Source of the DNA: Candidatus Poribacteria bacterium
GTDB lineage: Bacteria > Poribacteria > WGA-4E > WGA-3G
Assembly (NCBI GenBank): GCA_965214095.1
Contig: OZ243938.1
Coordinates: 4,384,001-4,448,000 of the forward strand
DNA length: 64,000 nucleotides
Direction: 5' to 3'
Of this stretch, positions 1 to 8,037 are shown in pieces (position 1 is the stretch's first letter; the number at the start of each line of letters is the position of its first letter). Both the position numbers and the translations under genes were made by a program. The notes under the pieces are model-generated. The model was not told the origin of the DNA. It saw only the letters and a list, made by a program, of their open reading frames with translations, and ran no database searches.

Positions 1-24
1 TATCTCCATAAGATAACCGAAGTA

Positions 25-160
25 ATACCACTTCTAATAAAAACTACTCATTATCAAAACAGACGCTCGTAGTCGCGCAATTCATTGCGCCTCCTATATT
101 CAGCAAATTGAGGATAAATCTACAAATTCTCAATGATACCTAATCTATTAGAAATGGTAT
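25..160. mobile_element. MITE-like element (ATACC...GGTAT ends) carrying a GTAG-anchored REP-like hairpin
   Basis: 15-bp terminal IRs ataccacttctaata (25-39) / tattagaaatggtat (146-160), 14/15 match; internal GTAGTC-GCGCAAT-tc-ATTGCGC (69-90), which recurs at 37648 and 55429. Confidence 0.7.
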
Positions 161-198
161 AAGAAATCGTACAACTGCCTCTGTTAGAATGTTGAACT

Positions 199-1254
199 TC
201 AACTAATCGAAAAAACGCTCACCCCACCCGACTCGTCACCAACAGCAATATACTGGTCATTCGGTGACCAAACGAGGTTTGTGACCCCCGCTGTCAAAGC
301 GGCTTCATGAACCGCCCGAGAACGTAGGTTGCCTCGCAATTGCCAGACGTAGACCAGACCGTCGGCACAGCCTGAGGCAAGCAGTTTTCCGCGATGTTGA
401 AATCGCACAACGCTGAGAAAATCCTGATGCCCGGAAAGCGTAATGGGTTTGGTACCAGCCGGTCCGCGACCGGAACAATCCCACACCGTAACATCCTCAC
501 CGCCCCCCGTAGCCAAGTATCGACTCGTGGCATCCCACGAGACTTCTCGCACTTTCGTCGGATAGCCAGTCATTTGCAAGTCCTCACTGGTAGACATAAT
601 CCAGAAGTGTACAGTCGAATCTTGATCTCCGGTGGCGATGTGTTTGCCGTCAGGGCTCCACGCAATCACCAGTGATGAGCCTTGCCATTCCAATCGCTGG
701 AGGGCTTCCGACTGTTGCGGGTCCCACAGCGAGACACCGCCGTAGGTAATCGAGGCAAGTTGCTTTACACGCGGTTTCCACTGGAGACCAGAAATCGTGC
801 TCTGATGGTCGGGATATTCGCGAACAAGCTCACCGACAACGTTCCAGAGTTTCAACTTACGACCCGCGGCAGAGGCGAGTATCGGTTTTTCGCCGCAACT
901 CCAAGATAGGTGCTCAACCCATGCTGCGCCCCCGTCAAGCGAATGGGTCGCTTCGCCACTTGTCATATCCCACAACCGAATTTTCCCATCTTGTCCTGCG
1001 CTTGCAAGCACCTTGCCGTCTGGACGCCATGCGATCGACATTGTACCGAATTCATGCCCTTCAAAGGCATGGATAACCGCTCGACGATGCCCTTCAAAAA
1101 TTGTCACCGGACCGAGAACCGACGCGGCAGCGATGTATTTCCCATCAGGGGACCACGCCAGATCAATGACGTGGTCGCTGATGGTTGCCGTCCAATTTTC
1201 GCGCAGTTGAGAGGGCTGGAGAATGCGGTTGCTCAGGTTGTTCATGCGAGACAT
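199..1254 (-). CDS. WD40-repeat beta-propeller protein associated with COG0523 GTPase
   Basis: About 7-8 WD40 repeats (GH...W.PDG..LAS.G.DG.I.LWD); overlaps the end of the CobW-like gene. Confidence 0.9.
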   Translation of the reverse strand: MSRMNNLSNRILQPSQLRENWTATISDHVIDLAWSPDGKYIAAASVLGPVTIFEGHRRAVIHAFEGHEFGTMSIAWRPDGKVLASAGQDGKIRLWDMTSGEATHSLDGGAAWVEHLSWSCGEKPILASAAGRKLKLWNVVGELVREYPDHQSTISGLQWKPRVKQLASITYGGVSLWDPQQSEALQRLEWQGSSLVIAWSPDGKHIATGDQDSTVHFWIMSTSEDLQMTGYPTKVREVSWDATSRYLATGGGEDVTVWDCSGRGPAGTKPITLSGHQDFLSVVRFQHRGKLLASGCADGLVYVWQLRGNLRSRAVHEAALTAGVTNLVWSPNDQYIAVGDESGGVSVFSIS

Positions 1255-2594
1255 GCTTCAAACCCCTCAGTCAATTCTGCCCGGTCGAGGTTACGCCCGA
1301 TGAAGATGAGGCTATTGTAGCGCGGTTCACCATCCCACGGGCGATCAGGGCGACCGTCAAAGAGCATATGAACACCTTGGAAGACGAAGCGGTTGGGTTC
1401 CCCCTTGATGCTTAGAATACCTTTCATGCGGAAGATGTCGACACCTTTTGTCCGAAGCAGGTCGCTAATCCAATCGTTCAGCCGGTCAGGATTGAGGTCG
1501 CCGGGGGTTGTGATGCCGACCGATGTGACTTCGTCATCATGTTCGTGGTCTGGCTTAAATTCGCGTTCAACAACTGGCTTGACAAGGGTACCGCTGCCAA
1601 AGAGTTGCGCTTGAAATTCGTCGGGATGATGCTCGGTAAACAGCGCGTAAGCACCGGGGCGGTCGAGCTGCACATCAAAACGTAATTCATCGGCTGTGAG
1701 ATTCAACGAAATGAGTTGTCCACTCGGTTGAAGGGTGCCACCCGCCGAAAGTTCATACTCGTCATCGGAGAAAACCATAACGACTGGCTCAACAGCGGCC
1801 TCCAAAGCTTCAACGGTTGACTCATTTACGGGTACCAACGCGACTTTCATCATCGGGTCAGGACCTTCTTGGAGAACCAGTTCATACGCGCTTTCCGATA
1901 GGTTATAAACACCAGCCCATTCAAATGGATACTCCGGTTCCATAAACTGTGGGTCAACCTCCATCGCACGGTCGAGATCGAATCCGCCGACATTGAGAAT
2001 CTTGTCCATTTCAACCACGGCGTCTTTCGTTCGATAAATCTTCGCTGCACCGTTCATGCCGCGAATTCTGGCTTCCAGTTGATCTAACTCTGACTCGGTC
2101 ACAAGGTCAACCTTGTTCAACAAAATGACATCGGCAAAGGCAATCTGTTCACGCGCCTCGTCGCTGTCATCGATGTGCTGCCAGATGTGTTTGGCATCCA
2201 CCAGCGTCGTGACGGAATCCAGTTGCAGTTTCTCCTGCATTTCGGTGTCCATGAAGAACGTCTGAGCAACTGGCCCGGGGTCCGCAAGCCCTGTGGTTTC
2301 GACCATGATGTAGTCGAACTTATCGCGACGCTTCATCAGATTCCCCAAAATACGGATGAGATCACCGCGTACCGTGCAGCAGATGCAACCATTGTTCATC
2401 TCGAAAATCTCTTCTTCGGCACCGATGACCAAATCATTATCGACACCGATCTCGCCAAACTCGTTTTCGATGACAGCGATACGTTTGCCATGGTTTTCGG
2501 TGAGAATGCGGTTGAGAAGCGTGGTTTTACCAGACCCCAAAAAGCCCGTTAACACGGTGACGGGGACTTGATTGTTTAGCATGCTTGTGTTCAT
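1242..2594 (-). CDS. COG0523 / CobW-family G3E metallochaperone GTPase
   Basis: Walker A GFLGSGKTT, ENEFG, CxCC motif GCICCT, ETTGLADP, NKVD, C-terminal CobW_C (FRMKG...FQGVH...FIGRNLD). Confidence 0.95.
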   Translation of the reverse strand: MNTSMLNNQVPVTVLTGFLGSGKTTLLNRILTENHGKRIAVIENEFGEIGVDNDLVIGAEEEIFEMNNGCICCTVRGDLIRILGNLMKRRDKFDYIMVETTGLADPGPVAQTFFMDTEMQEKLQLDSVTTLVDAKHIWQHIDDSDEAREQIAFADVILLNKVDLVTESELDQLEARIRGMNGAAKIYRTKDAVVEMDKILNVGGFDLDRAMEVDPQFMEPEYPFEWAGVYNLSESAYELVLQEGPDPMMKVALVPVNESTVEALEAAVEPVVMVFSDDEYELSAGGTLQPSGQLISLNLTADELRFDVQLDRPGAYALFTEHHPDEFQAQLFGSGTLVKPVVEREFKPDHEHDDEVTSVGITTPGDLNPDRLNDWISDLLRTKGVDIFRMKGILSIKGEPNRFVFQGVHMLFDGRPDRPWDGEPRYNSLIFIGRNLDRAELTEGFEACLA

Positions 2595-2613
2595 CTTTCT
2601 CTCCTTGTTGAAT

Positions 2614-2874
2614 TTAGTCAGCGGTCAAACTAACGATGTCCGTCTGCTTTACCTCTGACAGCGGTTTGTGAATTTTGTATTGCCGGGGCTTTCCCGGTGT
2701 CTCCATGATTGCAATGACCGTTTCAATAGGCGGACAGCCTTCTTCGGTGCACTGCAACTGAGTAATCATCACGGAGATGTCTTCTGATAGGTCAAAGGCT
2801 TGGGAGACCCACGATTTGACTTGGACGAGTTGCTGTGGGTCACTCTGCTTCTGCGAATTTAAAAAATTAAACAC
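2614..2874 (-). CDS. small conserved Cys-motif protein (C-x4-C-PP-x-ETV...KIHKP) next to CobW
   Basis: Start re-called at GTG 2874 because AAAGGAG lies just upstream; motif QCTEEGCPPIETVIA. Confidence 0.65.
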   Translation of the reverse strand: MFNFLNSQKQSDPQQLVQVKSWVSQAFDLSEDISVMITQLQCTEEGCPPIETVIAIMETPGKPRQYKIHKPLSEVKQTDIVSLTAD

Positions 2875-3005
2875 TGTTGTATGGTCTCCTTTAGGCAGCA
2901 CGTGCCCTTTCTTGATAGAAACCCGCTGGCCGGAATGCAAACGGATCCCGACAGCAACGCTTCCTTTAGATCCCTAAATCTTTTGCCGAACTTACGTTAA
3001 GTTAA

Positions 3006-3416
3006 TTAATGCGATACGCCAGCATGTTCTTCTTCACATGCAGCGCAGGTTTTACACAGATGTCGATTTACGAGGTGTGCGGATGCAAGAGAGAGTCCTC
3101 CAGAAATATGTAAGATCACCTCATAAATTCCTTCAGCAGAAATATGTGCAGTAGCAATAAATGCAATTCCTACGATTAGGACAAGGAATGCCCTCCAACG
3201 ACGATGATGACGAACTCCCCAAACGATGCTTCCTAATGCAAGCACAACTGCCCCACCGATGATGACTAATTCCGCGGGTTCACTGACAAAAAAACCAAGA
3301 CCAATCAATGGTAAAAATGTAACCAAAAGGGGCATCGCCATGCAATGGATAGCACATGAAAGAGATATACATGCGCCAACAGAGTCTACGAATCCTTGAC
3401 TAAAATATTTTTTCAA
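3006..3416 (-). CDS. MerC-domain membrane protein (metal transport-associated)
   Basis: S.SCAIHC..P motif, four hydrophobic segments, AH..N..LC..C tail. Confidence 0.85.
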   Translation of the reverse strand: MKKYFSQGFVDSVGACISLSCAIHCMAMPLLVTFLPLIGLGFFVSEPAELVIIGGAVVLALGSIVWGVRHHRRWRAFLVLIVGIAFIATAHISAEGIYEVILHISGGLSLASAHLVNRHLCKTCAACEEEHAGVSH

Positions 3417-3493
3417 TTCTTTACTCCTATTGTTGTATGGATTGTAGATATAGAAATATCCATACAGAGTGCATATTTAATATTGAAACTTAC

Positions 3494-5761
3494 TTAAAAA
3501 TTCATTTTATACAAAAATTTAATGTTTCTTCCCGGTTCTGGCATCACAGCTTTAATTCGGGATAAATGATCACGGTAGGCAGTGTTAAAAAGATTCTCTA
3601 CTTCAAGGACAATTAGATTTTCAAACTGCCACAAACTGTAATTAAAGTAGACCCCTACATTGTGGATAACATATCCATCAGTCGGTTCTTCAAATTCACC
3701 AAGACGTGTTTGACTTACAGAATATTTTGATGTCAGGTGAAAATGAAAGGGAGATAAAGTATAATTTAAAGCAAGTCTCCCATTGAGTGGTGGAATACGT
3801 TCCAAAGGTTTACCTTCGTCTTCAATCGTCCCATTCAAATAACTCATACCAATATTTACAACGAAGTTAGGAAGTATCTCTGTTTCTATACTTGTTTCAA
3901 TTCCATTCATAACTACATCCTGTCCATTGTATTGATATATCCACAACCACCCAGCAGCACCACTACCCCACTCTTTTTCACCAGTATTTGTTGGCTTGAG
4001 GTAACTATAAATCTGATTCTGGAATAGTGCCACGTTGAGGTTGAATCTGTTGCTTGTATATTCTGCATAGAGTTCGCCGCCATACCCGTTTTCCGCTTCC
4101 AAATCTGCATTACCGATTTCATAAGAATACACGGCAAGATGCGGACCATCAGAGAAAAGTTCCTCTATGCCAGGGGCACGGTATGATTTCATGATGGTTG
4201 TACCAGTACTTAGATTGTCATTCCACTGGTAGATTCCAGATACAGCACCAGAAAAACCACCGAAATCACGTCTTTCAACAGTACCTGCTTGAATAACAGT
4301 TCCAGGATGAAAAGGTTCTGCACGTCGGAATTCGTATCGGACCCCGCTTTGTAAGGTCAGACGATTAACCTCTTGTTGATTCGTAAAGTATCCAGCCAGC
4401 GCAAATTCACGGGTGTGCGGTGTCCAATAGAAGCCACCCGTTGCGTGATCTCTGTATTCACCCCACAAACCTGTGATAACATTGTCAAATAGGTATGTCA
4501 TCACGGAGAAATTGTATGTCAGAACTCCGAATTCCACGCCAAGCGTACCATTTGACTCTAATTCCTGATGTTCATATCGTGTATAGGCTGTCCGCAGTTT
4601 TACTTTGTCAATCCAACTCTTGTTAAAACGATATTCCAGCATCCCATCATAACGTTGTCTGTCCAAAGCAATGTTGACCCCATGGATATGTCCCTCAGGT
4701 GACCCTGGAATGCCGTAATCTGAACGATAGCCTCCACCAGATACACCGATATATCCCCATGGCTTGATGAGTGAAGTGCCAATGGTATAATTGAGATTAG
4801 ATAGTTCTGTGTTTTCAAGGACTCCATCTGGTGTTTGCGTATCTGCTGAAAGACGACGATTCCATTCTAAATTCCCTACGAAGTCATTGACAGGCACCAT
4901 CAATCCTGTTGTCCCAGTTAACCCTGTATTGACCGATTCTGCTTGTAAAGTCAAACGCATGGTTGGACGTTTAGGAAGAAAATCTGGGATACTGCTGCGT
5001 TTGACGTTGATCACGCCACCTAAAGTGCTGGAACCATAGATAAGGGATGCTGGACCACGTGTGATTTCTATCCCTTTTGCAGAAGTTGGGTCAATAGCAA
5101 CAGCATGATCTGCACTGGAGGCAGATTTGTCCCCACTTCGTTCCCCATCTTCAAGGATGAGTAATCTGTCACCACCTAATCCTCTTATTACAGATCGGGC
5201 AACTGCACTTCCCATGGTGCGTTGTGAAATCCCAAGTTGATCTGAAAGCGTTTGCGCCAATGTCATTCCCATCCGTCTTTCCAGTTCAACTTCATCTAAC
5301 GATATGTCACTTGTTTTTTTATATTGATCAAGAGATTGTCTCGCACCCAGTACAGTAACTGTATCAAGTTGTTCTGCTTCAGTTCTCATTTCGATTTGCA
5401 GATAAGACGTTGTGTCATTTACATCAACAACCTGTTCATGCAGCAGATAGTTCACCTTTGTAAACTGAAACGTATGTTGTCCCTCTGAGATAGCATCAAT
5501 TCTAAACTGACCGAATTTATCTGTTTGCGTTGTTTTTTCAACCCCTATAATACGGACAGTTACGTCGCTAAGTCTGATATAGTTTTGTATATCTAAGACT
5601 TCACCGCGTAGCTGATAGGTTGCTACTTGGTTGCTGTGTGTATCTCGATTATGACATAACATACAACTGAATGTCAAAATGAGTGTGAAAAGGTAGGTGC
5701 GTTTTATACACGTACCTACCTTTGATTTTCTACATAAGCAGGAATTTCCAATGTACAACAT
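3494..5761 (-). CDS. TonB-dependent receptor, ZnuD-like (probable zinc uptake)
   Basis: N-terminal carboxypeptidase-regulatory-like domain, plug (IRGLGGDR...HAVAIDP...RGPASLIYG), APGIEELFSDGPHLA..SYEIG, C-terminal PGRN...F. Confidence 0.9.
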   Translation of the reverse strand: MLYIGNSCLCRKSKVGTCIKRTYLFTLILTFSCMLCHNRDTHSNQVATYQLRGEVLDIQNYIRLSDVTVRIIGVEKTTQTDKFGQFRIDAISEGQHTFQFTKVNYLLHEQVVDVNDTTSYLQIEMRTEAEQLDTVTVLGARQSLDQYKKTSDISLDEVELERRMGMTLAQTLSDQLGISQRTMGSAVARSVIRGLGGDRLLILEDGERSGDKSASSADHAVAIDPTSAKGIEITRGPASLIYGSSTLGGVINVKRSSIPDFLPKRPTMRLTLQAESVNTGLTGTTGLMVPVNDFVGNLEWNRRLSADTQTPDGVLENTELSNLNYTIGTSLIKPWGYIGVSGGGYRSDYGIPGSPEGHIHGVNIALDRQRYDGMLEYRFNKSWIDKVKLRTAYTRYEHQELESNGTLGVEFGVLTYNFSVMTYLFDNVITGLWGEYRDHATGGFYWTPHTREFALAGYFTNQQEVNRLTLQSGVRYEFRRAEPFHPGTVIQAGTVERRDFGGFSGAVSGIYQWNDNLSTGTTIMKSYRAPGIEELFSDGPHLAVYSYEIGNADLEAENGYGGELYAEYTSNRFNLNVALFQNQIYSYLKPTNTGEKEWGSGAAGWLWIYQYNGQDVVMNGIETSIETEILPNFVVNIGMSYLNGTIEDEGKPLERIPPLNGRLALNYTLSPFHFHLTSKYSVSQTRLGEFEEPTDGYVIHNVGVYFNYSLWQFENLIVLEVENLFNTAYRDHLSRIKAVMPEPGRNIKFLYKMNF

Positions 5762-5772
5762 GGAAATTCTCC

Positions 5773-6357
5773 TTATTCTACAGTGACTGGTATGAGAAGT
5801 GCTGCAGTATAATCGGGATGGTCGCCATGCAGGAGTTGGAGTTTTATCTCAGTATTCCCTGCTGATATGCCTTCCACTCCAAAACTCAATCCATGATCTT
5901 CATCGTCATGATCATCTTCATCGTCATGATCATCTTCATCGTCATGATCATCTTCACCAAGGTGAATTTCAATGATTGTATCATCGTATTCCGATAGACC
6001 TAAAGCGAAGACTTCTTCTGCTTCACCCTCTTCATGATCATGATCATCGTCTTCATCCTCATCCTCACCCGGATGAAATTCGTGCTCGTGGTCATCAAGG
6101 AAACTGACCTGAACTTCAATTTCGTCACCAACAGACACGGTGAGTTCACCCTCGTGTTCACCTTTGAATTGACGATAGACCTCATTTCCATCTACCATTA
6201 ATACAAATCCATCTGCGTCTGCGTGAATGATTTCTTCTTCATGGTCATCAGTGATCGGATTATCGTCTTCGCTGCAGCCTCCCATAAAAGGTAGCACAGC
6301 AACGATAGCTATTAACAATATACGTGAAATCTCGCGTCCTAAAAAATATGTATGCAT
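5773..6357 (-). CDS. His/Asp/Glu-rich putative metal-binding lipoprotein
   Basis: Start re-called at ATG 6357 (GGAG upstream); hydrophobic signal ending in lipobox-like FMGGC; poly-D/H/E tracts; C-terminal LLHGDHPDY. Confidence 0.8.
   Translation of the reverse strand: MHTYFLGREISRILLIAIVAVLPFMGGCSEDDNPITDDHEEEIIHADADGFVLMVDGNEVYRQFKGEHEGELTVSVGDEIEVQVSFLDDHEHEFHPGEDEDEDDDHDHEEGEAEEVFALGLSEYDDTIIEIHLGEDDHDDEDDHDDEDDHDDEDHGLSFGVEGISAGNTEIKLQLLHGDHPDYTAALLIPVTVE
5896..5956. repeat. 18-bp in-frame tandem repeat (3 perfect units plus a partial) encoding (D)DHDDE
   Basis: atcttcatcgtcatgatc at 5896, 5914 and 5932. Confidence 0.95.
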
Positions 6358-6558
6358 TTTGTTCTCCAATATATGAATAAAGTTTGAATTATCACAATTC
6401 AACAAATAAATACTCGTTTAACTTCTTATCAGGACAAAGAACTATTGGACAAAGGTGCGCAAACCAGACATGTATGCTTGGTAAACTACACACTAATTAT
6501 ACAAATCAAATAGACTTCATCCATTCTGTCAAGATAAATTGACATCAGAACAATTATT

Positions 6559-6796
6559 TATAGTGAACATTGAAAATAATAGTACAAAGTACCTGTAGGA
6601 GCGATCTCCGAATCGCGATTTAACTCAGTGGTAATTGGGAATCGGAGTTTCTTCCTACATCTCAAAATGTCCCATTATAGTGAATTATAAATATAAGTTG
6701 ACACTTTTGACCCACGGTAGGCGAGGTTTCCTAACCTTGCCGATGCAGTGTGTTCAAGTAATTTCAAAATATACTATAATTCAAAAGTTTACTATA
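6559..6796. mobile_element. MITE-like element (TATAGT...ACTATA ends) with two convergent GTAG hairpins and a nested second element
   Basis: Left end tatagtgaacattgaa vs reverse complement of right end tatagtaaacttttgaa; GTAGGAGCGATCTCCGAATCGCG at 6595; inverted GTAGGAAGAAACTCCGATTCCC at 6637-6658. Confidence 0.6.
6676..6778. mobile_element. nested MITE-like element (TATAGT...ACTATA) with a GTAG hairpin
   Basis: tatagtgaattat...aatatactata ends; GTAG-GCGAGGTT-tcct-AACCTTGCC at 6717-6741. Confidence 0.6.
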
Positions 6797-7151
6797 AAAA
6801 AATAATATTTACTGATAAACCAGAGCATTTTGGGGGTGCTCTTCTCTGTATATTTGATGTAGGATTGAATGTTTTGGGGGAGATTGTTATTTGTGGTATT
6901 TTGGTATCACAAAGAGCAATTGTGGGAATAGTAGTAGGTTGGATATTGAAATTAACGTGTGTTGTGATAAATACACATGCTGGACATCTCTCATCCGTAT
7001 GTAATGGTTCACTGTCTTCATGCTCATGACAATGTTCGTGTTCAAGGTCATGTTCATGGCAGTGCATGAACGGCATCAGACTGAGAAGCAATACGTGACA
7101 AATTATTCCAACGATGAACAGTATGTTCGTAGTATATTTAAGTTGTTTCAA
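6792..7151 (-). CDS. DUF2946/CruR-like leader protein (TM helix, His-rich tract, CxxC, RAPP arrest motif)
   Basis: N-terminal hydrophobic helix, HCHEHDLEHEHCHEHE, RCPAC, then IQRRAPP near the C-terminus; first ORF upstream of the TonB receptor operon. Confidence 0.75.
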   Translation of the reverse strand: MKQLKYTTNILFIVGIICHVLLLSLMPFMHCHEHDLEHEHCHEHEDSEPLHTDERCPACVFITTHVNFNIQPTTIPTIALCDTKIPQITISPKTFNPTSNIQRRAPPKCSGLSVNIIFL

Positions 7152-7185
7152 CTATCCGGACCTATCTGAATTTTTTGGTTAATGG

Positions 7186-7218
7186 ATATATTATAATATA
7201 TTAATTGATGGATTGCAA
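7186..7218 (-). promoter_or_regulatory. sigma70-type promoter of the metal-uptake cluster, with an overlapping AT palindrome
   Basis: On the minus strand TTGCAA (7218-7213), 17 nt, TATAAT (7195-7190); perfect palindrome atatattataatatat at 7186-7201. Confidence 0.55.
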
Positions 7219-7232
7219 TATTTTGTGATGCA

Positions 7233-7478
7233 AACCAGGGTTATTTAGTTTTCGGTAATTCTGATAGATTTGTTCACATATCAATATAAAGCAATGCATA
7301 GTAGTAGGCACACTCCGTGTGCCGTATACCTTAAAGCACAAGATAGACGGCACACGGAGTGTGCCTACTACCATGAACATTTATGAAGAAAAGGAGCGTG
7401 GGTCTAAACGCAACTCATACTATAAACTTTCAGCAATGCCGTTCAGTTGATATTTCTTAAAACTAAATAATCCTGGGT
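7233..7478. mobile_element. MITE-like element (AACCAGG-type ends) containing a REPIN-like inverted doublet
   Basis: Ends aaccagggttatttagttt / aaactaaataatcctgggt, flanked by gca on both sides; perfect 25-bp IR gtagtaggcacactccgtgtgccgt (7301-7325) / 7347-7371. Confidence 0.65.
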
Positions 7479-7602
7479 GCAAACAGATTTTCATGGATTT
7501 TTTTAGCAATATATGATAGAATATCTATACATTTATAAAAAATATGTCATAATATATAAAGTGTAATATACTTTCGTTAATAATTTAAAGGATAATTTCT
7601 AA

Positions 7603-7944
7603 ATGCCAATAGACACAGTTACTTTGCCACCAGGACACTATATTATTGCCGACCCTGATTATTATAAGGATTATGAACCTTACGCCTATTTTTGGACTGG
7701 TGGAGATGGTGCATTCTACGATAACTTAGAAAATTGTTATTATGTAGATTCTGCAATGCTATCAGTATTTCAAGTAGAAAATAAACCACAAAATGTCCCT
7801 GAAGGAACACACTACTTCAATTTCAAAACGCCATGGAAAATTGACTTCAATCAACATGGGGTTTTAGAACAACTCAAAATCACAGTTCTCTCATTCAAAG
7901 ATATCAGTCCTGATTTTTTCGAACCTATGGTTTTCAATAGTTGA
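7603..7944 (+). CDS. hypothetical protein with LP.G.Y.I.DP.Y...T.GDG.F.D...Y.VDS motif
   Basis: Clean ORF with AAGGA RBS, directly upstream of dndC. Confidence 0.65.
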   Translation: MPIDTVTLPPGHYIIADPDYYKDYEPYAYFWTGGDGAFYDNLENCYYVDSAMLSVFQVENKPQNVPEGTHYFNFKTPWKIDFNQHGVLEQLKITVLSFKDISPDFFEPMVFNS

Positions 7945-8037
7945 TTTACTTTCGTCCGATAACATTGTTTGTTTCTAATCCAAATGAAACGTCAATCTGT
8001 AACGGAACGTTTTTCTTTTGAAGGAAGGTACGGAAAT

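Noticed and set aside
7186-7201. AT palindrome as a Zur/Fur box
   Set aside because: It is pure A/T in an AT-rich promoter and does not clearly match a known box; it may be chance
6559-7478. Clustered palindromes as a CRISPR array
   Set aside because: No regularly spaced identical direct repeats with unique spacers, and no cas genes; the units are inverted or dispersed REP-like hairpins
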